Assembly (NCBI GenBank): GCA_963643465.1
Contig: CAVIJT010000004.1
Coordinates: 94,705 to 158,704 of the forward strand
DNA: 64,000 nucleotides
Source of the DNA: Lachnospiraceae bacterium
Lineage (GTDB): Bacteria > Bacillota > Clostridia > Lachnospirales > Lachnospiraceae
Reading direction: 5' to 3'
Shown: positions 27,405 to 38,370 of the stretch, one piece after another
Position numbering within the stretch: position 1 is the first letter of the stretch
How the letters are laid out: each line of letters starts with the position of its first letter
The notes under the pieces: model-generated
What the model was told of the DNA's origin: nothing
Databases searched by the model: none
Seen by the model: only the letters and a program-made list of their open reading frames with translations
Made by a program: the position numbers and the translations under genes

Positions 27405-27606
27405 ATAGAATACACCACCGAAAAAAACATTAATATATTGTATTAGGAGAAGAAAAAATGTATGACAGAAGGATAGTGAAGGAATTACTTTGTTCCAGAT
27501 AAAAATCTTGACATATGAGGGAGGAAGTGATAGGATATAAAAAAATAAAACATACTAAAATAATCGGAATTAAAAAAGTCGGATTTAGAATAAGAAGAAA
27601 GGTTGG

Positions 27607-28044
27607 ATGGAAGTGAAACTTTCTACCAAAGGAAGATATGGATTGCGTGCGGCAGTAGATTTGGCTATGCACAGCGGAGAGACAGTTGCGTTGAGTGCAA
27701 TTGCAGAAAGACAAAAGATAACCGTTAGTTATTTGGAGCAGATTATTCCTAAATTGAGGAAGGTAGGAATTGTCAATAGTGTGCGAGGAGCACAGGGTGG
27801 ATATACACTTGCAAAGTCTCCAGAGGAAATTTCAGTAGGAGATGTGTTACGGGCATTAGAAGGCAATTTAAGTCCAGTAGATTGTAAAGAATTGCAGGAC
27901 AGCAATAGTTGTGTGGGTTCGGATTCCTGTATCACAAAGTATGTGTGGATGCGTATTAGTGCCAGCATCAATGATACGGTGGATCATATGATGCTCTCTG
28001 AATTAGTTGCAGAAGGAAAACGTCTGCAAGAGAACCGAGAGTAG
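27607..28044 (+). CDS. Rrf2-family transcriptional regulator (CymR/IscR-like)
   Basis: KLSTKGRYGLRAAVDLA wHTH N-terminus. It lies upstream of nifS-nifU-mnmA. The start may be GTG 27613, which would give the canonical MKLSTKGRYG. Confidence 0.85.
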   Translation: MEVKLSTKGRYGLRAAVDLAMHSGETVALSAIAERQKITVSYLEQIIPKLRKVGIVNSVRGAQGGYTLAKSPEEISVGDVLRALEGNLSPVDCKELQDSNSCVGSDSCITKYVWMRISASINDTVDHMMLSELVAEGKRLQENRE

Positions 28045-28090
28045 ATAATATTTCGCATAAAGCGAATAAGTGAGAAGAGGAGATGAAGGT

Positions 28091-29275
28091 ATGAGTCGAT
28101 TTATTTATTTAGATAATGCAGCAACAACGCCAACAAAGCCGGAGGTTGTTGAGGCAATGATGCCATATTTTACAGAGAGTTTTGGAAATCCATCTGCAGT
28201 ATACGGTTTTGCCTCCAGGAATAAGGCAGCCATTACAGAGGCAAGAGAAACTATTGGAAAGGCACTTGGAACACAGAAAGAAAACATTTATTTTACTGGA
28301 GGTGGCTCGGAAGCAGATAACTGGGCGTTAATTGCAACGGCTGAAGCATACAAAGAAAAGGGAAATCATATCATTACGACTAAAATAGAGCATCATGCAA
28401 TTTTGCATACAACAGAATATTTGCAGCAGCGAGGATTTGAAGTAACCTATTTAGACGTAGATGAAGATGGTATGGTAAAACTGGATGACTTAAAAAATGC
28501 CATTCGTCCTACTACTATTTTGATTTCTATTATGTTTGCCAATAATGAAATTGGAACCATTCAGCCAATCGGTGAGATTGGAAAAATTGCCAAGGAACAT
28601 GGAGTTTTATTTCACACAGATGCAGTACAGGCATTTGGACAAGTACCAATTTCTGTAGATGAGCTAAATATTGATATGCTCAGTGCATCCGGTCATAAGC
28701 TGAATGGACCAAAAGGAATTGGATTTTTGTATATTCGAAAAGGAGTAAAAATTCGTTCTCTTATTCATGGAGGCGCTCAGGAGAGAAAACGGAGAGCAGG
28801 AACGGAAAATGTACCTGCTATTGTGGGATTTGGAAAGGCAGTGGAAATTGCCTGTGCAACCATGAAGGAACGCACAGAGAAAGAAATGGTTCTTAGAGAC
28901 CGATTAATTCATCGAATATTGAAAGAGATTCCATATGTGCGATTAAATGGGCATCCAGAAAAACGACTTCCTAACAATGTAAATTGTAGTTTTCGATTTG
29001 TAGAAGGAGAATCTCTTTTAATTATGTTGGACATGAAAGGGATTTGTGCATCATCTGGTTCGGCTTGTACTTCTGGTTCTTTGGATCCATCTCATGTGTT
29101 ACTTGCCATAGGGTTGCCACATGAGATTGCACATGGTTCTCTTCGAATGACATTAAATGAGGATGTTACAGAGGAAGAAATTGATTTTGTAGTAGAGAAT
29201 CTAAAAGAAATTGTAAGCAAACTTCGTGCAATGTCACCATTGTATGAGGACTATATAAAAAGAGAGAAATCATGA
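28091..29275 (+). CDS. nifS: Cysteine desulfurase (NifS/IscS type)
   Basis: IYLDNAATTP start region. PLP lysine motif SASGHKLNGPKG. Active-site SSGSACTSG. Confidence 0.9.
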   Translation: MSRFIYLDNAATTPTKPEVVEAMMPYFTESFGNPSAVYGFASRNKAAITEARETIGKALGTQKENIYFTGGGSEADNWALIATAEAYKEKGNHIITTKIEHHAILHTTEYLQQRGFEVTYLDVDEDGMVKLDDLKNAIRPTTILISIMFANNEIGTIQPIGEIGKIAKEHGVLFHTDAVQAFGQVPISVDELNIDMLSASGHKLNGPKGIGFLYIRKGVKIRSLIHGGAQERKRRAGTENVPAIVGFGKAVEIACATMKERTEKEMVLRDRLIHRILKEIPYVRLNGHPEKRLPNNVNCSFRFVEGESLLIMLDMKGICASSGSACTSGSLDPSHVLLAIGLPHEIAHGSLRMTLNEDVTEEEIDFVVENLKEIVSKLRAMSPLYEDYIKREKS

Positions 29276-29336
29276 GAAACGCGCTTTGTGAGTTTCTTAG
29301 ATTATGGCGGTGCTTGTCAAGGAATGTGGATAACGG

Positions 29337-29365
29337 TTGAGAAAACAAGTAAATTATGATAGAAT
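29337..29365 (+). promoter_or_regulatory. Candidate internal promoter for nifU-mnmA
   Basis: TTGAGA (29337-29342), 17 nt spacer, TAGAAT (29360-29365), with TGa extended -10. Confidence 0.45.
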
Positions 29366-29390
29366 AAAAAAGTGCGAGGAGGAGTAACGC

Positions 29391-29828
29391 ATGTACAGTG
29401 AAAAAGTTATGGATCATTTTACTAATCCAAGAAATGTTGGAGAGATTGAAAATGCAAGTGGTGTAGGCACTGTGGGAAATGCCAAGTGTGGAGACATCAT
29501 GCGGATTTATTTAGACATTGATGATAGTGGTATCATCAAAGATTGCAAGTTTAAAACATTTGGTTGTGGTGCAGCAGTTGCCACAAGTAGTATGGCGACG
29601 GAACTTGTAATGGGAAAATCGGTACAACAGGCATTGGAGGTTAGTAATAAAGCAGTTATGGAGGCTCTTGATGGCTTACCACCAGTGAAAGTACATTGTT
29701 CACTTCTTGCGGAAGAAGCAATTCACGCAGCACTTTGGGATTATGCAGAGAAGAATGGAATCGTGATTGAGGGACTGAAGAAGCCAAAACAGGATATCCA
29801 TGAAGAAGAAGACGGAGAAGAATATTAA
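29391..29828 (+). CDS. nifU: Fe-S cluster assembly scaffold (NifU/IscU)
   Basis: [17 protein letters not shown] start. Conserved Cys motifs GNAKCGD, FGCGAA and HCS. Confidence 0.9.
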   Translation: MYSEKVMDHFTNPRNVGEIENASGVGTVGNAKCGDIMRIYLDIDDSGIIKDCKFKTFGCGAAVATSSMATELVMGKSVQQALEVSNKAVMEALDGLPPVKVHCSLLAEEAIHAALWDYAEKNGIVIEGLKKPKQDIHEEEDGEEY

Positions 29829-29829
29829 T

Positions 29830-30933
29830 ATGAGTGATACAAAGAAGAAAGTCGTAGTTGGAATGTCTGGTGGAGTTGATTCCTCTGTCACCGCATATTT
29901 GTTAAAAGAAGCAGGTTATGATGTAATAGGTGTTACTATGCAGATATGGCAGGATGAGGAGGAACAGGTGTTAGAAGAGAATGGCGGCTGTTGTGGACTC
30001 AGTGCAGTAGAGGATGCCCGGAGAGTAGCAAACTCCCTAGGCATCCCTTATTATGTTATGAATTTTAAAAAAGAGTTCAAAGAACAGGTCATGGACTATT
30101 TCTTAGATGAATATTTGCGAGGAAGAACACCAAATCCTTGCATTGCCTGTAATCGTTATGTAAAATGGGAGGCATTGTTGCATCGGTCTTTGGAGATTGG
30201 AGCAGATTATATTGCTACAGGTCATTATGCACAGGTGGTGCAGTTGCCAAATGGGCGATATTGCATTAAAAAATCTGTGACTGCCAGAAAAGATCAGACA
30301 TACGCCTTATACAATTTAACACAGGAGCAGTTGGCTCATACATTGATGCCAGTAGGGGCATATGAAAAAGATCAGATTCGGGAAATTGCCAAAGATATTA
30401 ATTTATTAGTAGCAAATAAGCCGGATAGTCAGGATATTTGTTTTATTCCAGACAATGATTATGCCGCGTTTATTCGTGAGAATACTAGCAAAACTGTTCC
30501 AGAGGGAAATTTTGTAGATTTGCAAGGAAATGTTCTTGGGACACATAAAGGAATTACCCATTACACAGTAGGACAGAGAAAAGGCTTAAATCTTTCCATG
30601 GGAAAACCTGTTTTTGTGGTGGAGATTCGTCCAGAAACAAACGAAGTTGTCATTGGGGATAACAGTGATGTGTTTCAACCAAAATTGTATGCCAATAAAT
30701 TAAATTTTATGACTATTCCGGATTTAGAAGGAGATATGCGAGTAGAAGTGAAGATTCGATATAGTCACAAAGGAGCGCCTGCAACGATTCGAAAGGTAGC
30801 AGAAGATGTGGTGGAATGTGTGTTTGATGAACCACAACGGGCAATTACACCTGGGCAGGCCGCTGTATTTTATGACGGTGATTATGTAGTTGGTGGCGGA
30901 AGTATTCTTGGTTGGAACAGAGATTGTTTCTAA
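29830..30933 (+). CDS. mnmA: tRNA 2-thiouridine(34) synthase
   Basis: PP-loop [13 protein letters not shown], catalytic NPCIACN and SQDICF motifs. Confidence 0.95.
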   Translation: MSDTKKKVVVGMSGGVDSSVTAYLLKEAGYDVIGVTMQIWQDEEEQVLEENGGCCGLSAVEDARRVANSLGIPYYVMNFKKEFKEQVMDYFLDEYLRGRTPNPCIACNRYVKWEALLHRSLEIGADYIATGHYAQVVQLPNGRYCIKKSVTARKDQTYALYNLTQEQLAHTLMPVGAYEKDQIREIAKDINLLVANKPDSQDICFIPDNDYAAFIRENTSKTVPEGNFVDLQGNVLGTHKGITHYTVGQRKGLNLSMGKPVFVVEIRPETNEVVIGDNSDVFQPKLYANKLNFMTIPDLEGDMRVEVKIRYSHKGAPATIRKVAEDVVECVFDEPQRAITPGQAAVFYDGDYVVGGGSILGWNRDCF

Positions 30934-30980
30934 AACATATATACAAAGTGTGATAGCGTTGGAGCTTCTGGGTATTTACT

Positions 30981-31769
30981 ATGTGGAAGAGAAAGGAAAA
31001 GAACATGAAGAATAAGAAATATGTATTTGCCATTATTATGTTTTGTGTGGCTGTGGGAGTTATCTATGCCATTGCCATGTGTGTTCCGGAAAAACAGGCG
31101 CAAATTATTATTTTAGGTGTAGCCGTTGCTGCTGTGGTAGTATGGATGATTGTAAAAATGATTAATATGGTTCGTTTGAACAAAATTATGTCAGCTCCCA
31201 TTCCTTTGTTATACGAGGAAAAACGTCCAGATTTATATATAGAAGAAATGGGAAAGATTTCTTCTAAAATACATGCCAAACAGCAGAAGGATTTAATTCG
31301 CATCAATGTGGCAGCAGCGCAAATTTATAATGGAGAATTTCAGAATGCACTGGACACTTTAGATAAGGTGGCTTTACCTGGACAGCCAGTAGTTCATCAA
31401 GTGCTTGTTCATGCAAATCGTGTTATGGCACATTTTTTACTGGATCAAAAAGAAGAGGTAGTGAGTGTAGTCGAAAAGAATAGAGCTGTTTTAAAAAAAT
31501 ATGAAAATAGTTCCAGTGGTCTTGTAAATAATATTGTGGTTACTTATGCCATAGAGCAGTTGGCAAGGGGAAATTATGAAAAAGCATTGGAATATTTAGA
31601 AAGTCTAAGAGAAAAAAAGGTTTCCTCGATTTTGCAGGATGTGGTAGATTATTTATATTGTGAATGCTATCGCAACTTAAAGAGAGATGGCGAGCGTACA
31701 GAATTAAAACGAGTAATGCTGGAAGGAAATTTAGTGCCAGGTATTCGAAAAAAATTGGAAAGAAAATAG
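30981..31769 (+). CDS. Hypothetical two-TM membrane protein with a helical-repeat C-terminal domain
   Basis: TM segments YVFAIIMFCVAVGVIYAIAM and IIILGVAVAAVVVWMIV. No recognisable motif. The start could be ATG 31005. Confidence 0.5.
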   Translation: MWKRKEKNMKNKKYVFAIIMFCVAVGVIYAIAMCVPEKQAQIIILGVAVAAVVVWMIVKMINMVRLNKIMSAPIPLLYEEKRPDLYIEEMGKISSKIHAKQQKDLIRINVAAAQIYNGEFQNALDTLDKVALPGQPVVHQVLVHANRVMAHFLLDQKEEVVSVVEKNRAVLKKYENSSSGLVNNIVVTYAIEQLARGNYEKALEYLESLREKKVSSILQDVVDYLYCECYRNLKRDGERTELKRVMLEGNLVPGIRKKLERK

Positions 31770-31817
31770 ATATTTGGTAAATAATACATGAGAGTTGTAT
31801 CTGTTTGCATATAACAG

Positions 31818-31863
31818 AAAAGTGGTAAGAGTTTCAGCGGATGAAACTCTTACCACTTTGTTT
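31818..31863. terminator. Bidirectional Rho-independent terminator between convergent genes
   Basis: aaagtggtaagagtttc (31819-31835) pairs with gaaactcttaccacttt (31843-31859). A-tract upstream and T-tract downstream. Confidence 0.85.
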
Positions 31864-31899
31864 ATCTTATAGGAAAATGCGTCCTATAAAATAAAAGCA

Positions 31900-34800
31900 C
31901 TACATGTCTTTTTCTTTTAAGTTTGTATTTGCAGTGGAAAGCATCAATTTGATACGATTCAACTGATTTACTTCACTGGCACCAGGGTCGTAATCTACCG
32001 CAACAATGTTAGCCTTAGGGAAGGCATGGCGAAGTTCTTTGATAACACCCTTACCAACTACATGGTTTGGAAGACAACCAAATGGCTGCGTACATACAAT
32101 ATTTTCTACACCTGAATGAATCAGTTCCACCATTTCTCCTGTTAAAAACCAACCTTCACCAGTCATGTTACCGCCGGAAACAAATGGCTCTGCATAACGT
32201 GCAAGAGTGTCAATGTGTTCCATCGGCTCAAAACGATTGCTTTGTTTTAATGCTTTTCTAGCATGTCTTCGGTAGAATTCGATCAGGCGAATGGCAATGT
32301 TATTAACCATTGCTTTTTTCTTACTCTTTCCGAAATATTCAGCAGAAAAATTACTGTTATAACAACTGTATAGGAAGAAGTCGATTAGGTCTGGGCAAAC
32401 TGCTTCAGCCCCTTCAGCTTCCAATAATTCTACTAAATGATTATTAGCAGTTGGAAGGAATTTTACTAAAATTTCACCAACAATACCTACTTTAGGTTTC
32501 TTTACATCAAGAAGTGGAAGTGCATCAAATTCCTGAATCATCTGATAAATATTTTTCTTAAAGTTTTTACCAGTCTGTACGTCTTCCATACATTTCTTTT
32601 CCCATTTTTGGTACAAGGCGTTAGCAGAGCCTGGAGTAGCTTCATATGGTCTTGTCTTATAAAGAACCCTCATGAAAACATCGCCATATACTAAAGCCTG
32701 AATGGCGCGGTTTGCCATAGCAAGGCTTAGCTTAAATCCAGGGTTTGCTTCGATTCCTGCACTTAATGAGATAACTGGAATTTGCTCATATCCTGCTTTT
32801 TCTAATGCACGACGGATAAATCCAATATAGTTGGTAGCACGACATCCACCACCGGTTTGTGTGATAATTAATGCTACTTTATCTAAATCATATTTTCCTG
32901 ATTCTAAAGCCTGCATAAACTGTCCGACTACCAAAAGAGAAGGATAACATGCGTCGTTATTTACATATTTTAGTCCATAATCTACGCAACTTTTATCACT
33001 TGGTAGTAATTCTACGTTGTAACCACAAGACTTCATAGCTGCCATCAATACATTAAAATGAATTGGTGACATTTGTGGAGCAAGAATGGTGTAATTCTTT
33101 CTCATTTCCTCTGTAAATACAACTCTGTGATGTGCTGCATCTGCAACGTGTGCTTCGATATGTTTGTGATCACGGTCTTTTATTGCGGACAATAAAGAGC
33201 GGATACGAATTCTTGCAGCACCCAAGTTATTTACTTCATCAATTTTTAATACCGTATAAATCTTACCGGATTTTGTTAAAATATCGCTCACTTGGTCGGT
33301 AGTAACCGCATCCAGACCACAACCAAAAGAATTTAACTGAATCAGATTCAAATTTGGATTGGTGCGTACATAAGATGCAGCAGCATATAGTCTTGAATGA
33401 TATACCCATTGATCCATAACAATGGTAGGACGGTCTACGTTTCCTAAATGTGAAATACTGTCTTCTGTCAATACCGCTACGTCATAAGAAGCAATTAATT
33501 CAGGGATACCGTGGTTGATTTCTGGATCACAGTGGTAAGGTCGTCCAGCAAGGACAATACCTTTCTTACCTGTTTTCTCCAAATATGCAAGCACTTCTTC
33601 TCCCTTTGTCTGCATATCTTTTCGTGCTTGTTCCATTTCTTTCCAAGCAGCACGAACTGCCTTGCGGGTTTCAGCTTCAGGAATATTGTTTTCTTCACTA
33701 AAATATTTGGATAAACGTTTGGCAACAATTTCCTCGCTTTCAAAGGACATAAAAGGATTTTGGAAAGTAATTTTAGAATCCTTTAGTTCTTCTACATTGT
33801 TTTTAATATTTTCTCCGTAGGATGTTACAATTGGGCAGTTATAGTGATTGCCTGCCTGTTCCTGTTCCTTCCGTTCATAAAAGACACAAGGATAGAAAAT
33901 ATAATCTAAGCCATTGCGAATTAACCAAGAAATATGTCCATGAGCAAGTTTTGCAGGGTAACACTCCGACTCACTTGGAATAGATTCGATTCCAAGTTCG
34001 TAAATCTTACGGGTTGATTCTGGAGAAAGCACAACTTGATATCCTAACTCTGTAAAAAATGTATGCCAGAATGGATAATTCTCATACATATTCAATACGC
34101 GTGGAATACCTACTTTACCACGAACTGCATGTTCTTCGTCTAAAGACTCATACTGGAATAGTCGTTTCAATTTGTATGCAAACAAGTTTGGAACGGAATC
34201 TGTTTTTTTGGCTTTTCCAAGACCACGTTCACAGCGGTTACCAGTAATAAACTGACGGCCACCGGAAAATTTGTTGATGGTAAGCAGACAGTTGTTTGTA
34301 CAACCCTTACATCTGGTAAGTGTTGTCTCAAATTGCAAAGCATTGATTTTTTCAATGGATAGCAATGTAGTATCTGTAGAACCATCAAAATGTTCTCTGG
34401 CGATCAAAGCCGCACCAAAAGCTCCCATGATACCTGAAATATTCGGACGTACAGCCTCACAGCCGGAAATCATTTCAAAACTTCTAAGAACGGCATCGTT
34501 GTAGAAGGTTCCTCCTTGTACAACAATCTTCTTTCCTAAATCTTTTGGATCTGTGACTTTGATTACCTTTAATAGCGCATTCTTGATTACCGAGTAAGCA
34601 AGACCAGCAGAAATATCATCCACACCGGCACCTTCTTTTTGTGCTTGCTTTACTTTGGAATTCATAAATACGGTACAACGGGAACCAAGGTCAATTGGGT
34701 TTTTGGCAAATAGTGCCACTTTAGCAAAATCTGCTACTTCATATTGAAGAGATTTAGCAAATGTCTCAATGAAAGAACCACAACCGGAGGAACATGCCTC

Positions 34801-36126
34801 ATTTAGCTGTACGCTATCAATGGTGTGATCTTTAATTTTCATACATTTCATATCCTGACCACCAATGTCAAGAATACAATCTACTTCTGGTTCAAAGAAA
34901 GAAGCAGCATAATAATGAGCAATGGTTTCTACTTCTCCTTCGTCTAACATAAATGCTTCTTTGATCAGTGCCTCACCGTAACCAGTGGAACATGCGCGGA
35001 CAATGCGGGCGCTGTCTGGAAGCAAGGAATAAATTTCTTTTAAAGCCTTTGCAGTTGTTTTTAGCGGGCTACCATTGTTACTGCTGTAGAAGGAATATAA
35101 AAGTGAGCCGTTTTCTGCAACTAATGCAATTTTTGTTGTAGTGGACCCGGCATCGATTCCAAGGAAACAATCGCCCTCATATGTAGAAAGATCTTCTTCA
35201 ACAACTTTATGCTGGGCATGTCGTTTGGAAAAGGCGGTATATTGTTCCTCGTTTTGGAATAATGGTTCCATACGGTTTACTTCAAATTCCATCTGAATAC
35301 CAGTATTCAATTGCTCACTTAATTTTTGGAAAGAAGTAGTGACTTCTGGGTTCGCATTCATGGCAGAACCTACCGCTGCAAATAAATGAGAATGATTTGG
35401 AGCAATAATCTGGTCTGGTGTTAGCTTTAATGTGCGGATAAATGCTTGCTTTAATTCTGTTAAAAAGTGAAGTGGTCCACCTAAAAAGGCAACATTACCA
35501 CGAATTGGTTTTCCGCATGCTAAGCCAGAAATTGTCTGATTTACCACTGCTTGGAAAATGGAAGCGGACAAGTCTTGTTTGGTAGCACCTTCGTTAATTA
35601 ATGGCTGAATATCTGTTTTGGCAAATACACCACATCTTGCAGCAATCGGATAGATTGCTTTGTAGTCTTTTGCATATTCATTTAGACCTGTTGCATCTGT
35701 TTTTAAAAGAGTTGCCATCTGATCAATAAAAGAACCAGTACCTCCAGCACAGATACCGTTCATTCTTTGGTCAATTCCGCCGGTGAAATAGATAATTTTG
35801 GCATCTTCTCCACCAAGTTCAATGGCTACATCCGTTTGTGGTGCATAATCTTTAAGTGCTGTAGAAACAGCCACCACTTCCTGAACAAAAGGGATGCCAA
35901 GATGCTTGGAGAGGGTAAGTCCACCGGAACCAGTAATCACTGGAGAAAATTCCATATCACCAAGCTGTTGATAGGCATCGTTTATAATGTTTGCGAGTGT
36001 TTCCTGAATATTAGCAAAATGACGCTGATAATCAGAAAACAAGATATGATTATGTTCATCAAGCACTGCCACTTTGACAGTGGTAGAACCAATATCAATA
36101 CCTAATGTATGTTTTATCTTACTCAT
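31900..36126 (-). CDS. Fused double BcrAD/BadFG-type activase plus 2-hydroxyacyl-CoA-dehydratase-like domains (acyl-CoA dehydratase activase-related protein)
   Basis: Two ASKHA ATPase modules ([16 protein letters not shown] and [16 protein letters not shown], each with GGQD/GGED-type motifs). These are followed by about 750 aa with Cys-rich, HgdB/DUF2229-like regions. Start placed at ATG 36126 (or TTG 36138), because a consensus promoter lies inside the longer ORF. Confidence 0.75.
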   Translation of the reverse strand: MSKIKHTLGIDIGSTTVKVAVLDEHNHILFSDYQRHFANIQETLANIINDAYQQLGDMEFSPVITGSGGLTLSKHLGIPFVQEVVAVSTALKDYAPQTDVAIELGGEDAKIIYFTGGIDQRMNGICAGGTGSFIDQMATLLKTDATGLNEYAKDYKAIYPIAARCGVFAKTDIQPLINEGATKQDLSASIFQAVVNQTISGLACGKPIRGNVAFLGGPLHFLTELKQAFIRTLKLTPDQIIAPNHSHLFAAVGSAMNANPEVTTSFQKLSEQLNTGIQMEFEVNRMEPLFQNEEQYTAFSKRHAQHKVVEEDLSTYEGDCFLGIDAGSTTTKIALVAENGSLLYSFYSSNNGSPLKTTAKALKEIYSLLPDSARIVRACSTGYGEALIKEAFMLDEGEVETIAHYYAASFFEPEVDCILDIGGQDMKCMKIKDHTIDSVQLNEACSSGCGSFIETFAKSLQYEVADFAKVALFAKNPIDLGSRCTVFMNSKVKQAQKEGAGVDDISAGLAYSVIKNALLKVIKVTDPKDLGKKIVVQGGTFYNDAVLRSFEMISGCEAVRPNISGIMGAFGAALIAREHFDGSTDTTLLSIEKINALQFETTLTRCKGCTNNCLLTINKFSGGRQFITGNRCERGLGKAKKTDSVPNLFAYKLKRLFQYESLDEEHAVRGKVGIPRVLNMYENYPFWHTFFTELGYQVVLSPESTRKIYELGIESIPSESECYPAKLAHGHISWLIRNGLDYIFYPCVFYERKEQEQAGNHYNCPIVTSYGENIKNNVEELKDSKITFQNPFMSFESEEIVAKRLSKYFSEENNIPEAETRKAVRAAWKEMEQARKDMQTKGEEVLAYLEKTGKKGIVLAGRPYHCDPEINHGIPELIASYDVAVLTEDSISHLGNVDRPTIVMDQWVYHSRLYAAASYVRTNPNLNLIQLNSFGCGLDAVTTDQVSDILTKSGKIYTVLKIDEVNNLGAARIRIRSLLSAIKDRDHKHIEAHVADAAHHRVVFTEEMRKNYTILAPQMSPIHFNVLMAAMKSCGYNVELLPSDKSCVDYGLKYVNNDACYPSLLVVGQFMQALESGKYDLDKVALIITQTGGGCRATNYIGFIRRALEKAGYEQIPVISLSAGIEANPGFKLSLAMANRAIQALVYGDVFMRVLYKTRPYEATPGSANALYQKWEKKCMEDVQTGKNFKKNIYQMIQEFDALPLLDVKKPKVGIVGEILVKFLPTANNHLVELLEAEGAEAVCPDLIDFFLYSCYNSNFSAEYFGKSKKKAMVNNIAIRLIEFYRRHARKALKQSNRFEPMEHIDTLARYAEPFVSGGNMTGEGWFLTGEMVELIHSGVENIVCTQPFGCLPNHVVGKGVIKELRHAFPKANIVAVDYDPGASEVNQLNRIKLMLSTANTNLKEKDM

Positions 36127-36229
36127 AATATCTGGCAAAAGAGCCGTAACCTCCTTTAACGCAAAAAAATAGTAGCATTTTTCATGCAGGTAAACGAAAG
36201 CGTATCTGCAAAAAAAATGCACATTACCC

Positions 36230-36258
36230 ATTATACGACAGGATTTTTTTTTAAGCAA
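36230..36258 (-). promoter_or_regulatory. Near-consensus sigma-A promoter for the activase fusion gene
   Basis: On the minus strand: TTGCTT (36258-36253), 17 nt spacer, TATAAT (36235-36230). Confidence 0.6.
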
Positions 36259-36300
36259 CCTAAAACATTTTAAAATAAGTAGAAAAAAATGGAATGCACA

Positions 36301-36329
36301 TTGTCATTTTTAGTAAAAAAAGCTATAAT
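36301..36329 (+). promoter_or_regulatory. Near-consensus sigma-A promoter for the AAA+ gene
   Basis: TTGTCA (36301-36306), 17 nt spacer, TATAAT (36324-36329). Confidence 0.6.
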
Positions 36330-36360
36330 TAAAAAAGGAAAGAACTGGAGGCGATAAGGA

Positions 36361-38238
36361 ATGATACAACCTGTATATACGGATAAACAATTGTTAGAAG
36401 TGGCAAAAGAAAGTTATGCCAATATGTTACGTTTTTGTCAGGTATTGGAAGCGGAAGGTTATTGGAAAGATACGGAAAGATTTTTAAATAAAAGTATATA
36501 TGAAATGATAGACATGTATTTGCAGTCGGTATTGCTTAATTTGTGTGTATATTGTGGAGAGAATGGACTTGTGCAGAGGAAATTTATGCTGGAACTTGTG
36601 TCTGGAAATGAGTTACAGTGTCCAGAAGAAGGGGATTTGCCAGAAGAGGTTTTAGTTGCAGCAAATAAGATTTTGCGTACACCTCCTATTGTTTTGCAAC
36701 TTTGTGGTTTGCGAGACAGCAAAGAGCAGTCCTTTTTTTCTAGTTATTTTATAGATTCTTTACTTAATATTTTGATTTCTTGTTCTTTGTTAGAACAGCG
36801 TCAGAGTAAGTTTGCAGATAAATTCATTACAGAATTTTATGAAAAAATAGCTATTTTTATAAATGAGGATCAGAGAAAAAAAGTAGTCAATATTCGCTAT
36901 ATTTTTATAAAACTTAGCACAGAAAAATACTTTTTGGAGAAAGTGCCGATTGATTTTTTGAAAGAAGAACGGGAACAGAAAAGTATACAGAAACAAAAAG
37001 AACAAGAGCAACAGGCAAAAAGAATCGAGTTAGAGAAAAAGAAAGCAGAGGCAGAGAAAGCACTGGAGGCTGAGTTACGGAAAGCGCAAGATTTAGAACC
37101 GCCACAGGAAGTGGAGTTGGAAGAAGTCACAGAATTAATAGAAGTATCTGAGGAAGAAGTTACAGAAGAGTTTGAACAGAGCGAGAAAGACTTAGAGCAG
37201 GAAGAATTGGGTGTGGAAAAGGAAGAGGAAAGTCAGAAAGAAAAGTCTCCTTTTGAATATAGTGATGAAGAATTGCTTCAGATGCAGCAAGCTGGAAAAT
37301 TAAAGATTAAAACTCCTAAAATGGATCAGATGAAACAGGAGAGAGAAGCTGCTTTACAGAGGTTGCAGGAAGAACGTGTGGAGCAGATTCGCAGGGAGAT
37401 TAATAAAATTAACCATGCAAAAAAGTTACAGGAATTATTAGACGAATTGAATGGTTTAATTGGACTTTCGGAAGTGAAAAGTGAGATACAATCTCTTATT
37501 AATCTAATAAAAGTAAAGAAAATGCGAGAAAGTTATCAAATGCCATCTATGGATGTAAGTTATCATATGGTATTTACAGGAAATCCAGGAACAGGAAAGA
37601 CAACAGTAGCAAGAATTGTGGCAAAGATTTACAAGGAATTGGGAATTTTGTCAAAAGGACATTTGGTGGAAGTGGACCGCTCTAGCCTAGTGGCAGGATA
37701 TGTGGGACAGACAGCCATTAAAGTAAAAGAAGTGGTGGAAAAAGCAATGGGGGGTGTGTTGTTTATTGACGAAGCCTATGCACTTTCCAATAAGAATGAT
37801 GCCAATGATTTTGGTGGTGAAGCTATTGATACTTTGGTGAAAATGATGGAGGATCACAGGGATGATCTTGTAGTTATTGTGGCAGGCTACAAAGAAGAGA
37901 TGGATGAATTTTTAAAGGCAAACACAGGATTGATTTCTCGTTTCAACAAATTCATTGACTTTAAAGATTATGACAATGAGCAATTGCTGGAAATATTAAA
38001 AATGTTTACGGACAAGGCAGGCTTGGAAATGGACCAGGATGCAGTGAGGGAAATTGAAGAGGGCTTGGCAAAAATGGAACCGGAGCAAAAATTTGTGTTT
38101 GGAAATGGACGAGGTATGCGAAATACGTTTGAGAGTATTTTAGGAAAACAGGCAAATCGAATTGTAGGATTGGAATTGCCAACAGAGGAACAATTAAAAA
38201 GGATAATTTTGGAAGATGTACTAGGTATTATAGCCTAA
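36361..38238 (+). CDS. AAA+ ATPase of the SpoVK/CbbX type with an unknown N-terminal domain and a long E/K-rich linker
   Basis: Walker A GNPGTGKTTVARIVA. Walker B VLFIDEAYAL. The CbbX-like VVIVAGYKEEMDEF and ISRF motifs sit in the C-terminal 270 aa. Confidence 0.8.
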   Translation: MIQPVYTDKQLLEVAKESYANMLRFCQVLEAEGYWKDTERFLNKSIYEMIDMYLQSVLLNLCVYCGENGLVQRKFMLELVSGNELQCPEEGDLPEEVLVAANKILRTPPIVLQLCGLRDSKEQSFFSSYFIDSLLNILISCSLLEQRQSKFADKFITEFYEKIAIFINEDQRKKVVNIRYIFIKLSTEKYFLEKVPIDFLKEEREQKSIQKQKEQEQQAKRIELEKKKAEAEKALEAELRKAQDLEPPQEVELEEVTELIEVSEEEVTEEFEQSEKDLEQEELGVEKEEESQKEKSPFEYSDEELLQMQQAGKLKIKTPKMDQMKQEREAALQRLQEERVEQIRREINKINHAKKLQELLDELNGLIGLSEVKSEIQSLINLIKVKKMRESYQMPSMDVSYHMVFTGNPGTGKTTVARIVAKIYKELGILSKGHLVEVDRSSLVAGYVGQTAIKVKEVVEKAMGGVLFIDEAYALSNKNDANDFGGEAIDTLVKMMEDHRDDLVVIVAGYKEEMDEFLKANTGLISRFNKFIDFKDYDNEQLLEILKMFTDKAGLEMDQDAVREIEEGLAKMEPEQKFVFGNGRGMRNTFESILGKQANRIVGLELPTEEQLKRIILEDVLGIIA

Positions 38239-38370
38239 TTCTGAGATTTATTTTTTGTGACACTTGAATTTTTGAATTTTTTGAGATATAGTATATCTAT
38301 CATGGCTGAATATTACACAAAAACAATGATTTGGTCAGAATTACATGATTTGTGAAAGGATTTGGAAGAA

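Noticed and set aside
36127-36258. N-terminal 44-codon extension of the activase fusion ORF
   Set aside because: A near-consensus promoter (TTGCTT, 17 nt, TATAAT) lies inside this extension. The extension peptide ([32 protein letters not shown]...) looks like translated non-coding AT-rich DNA. The conserved LGIDIGSTT motif follows the internal ATG.
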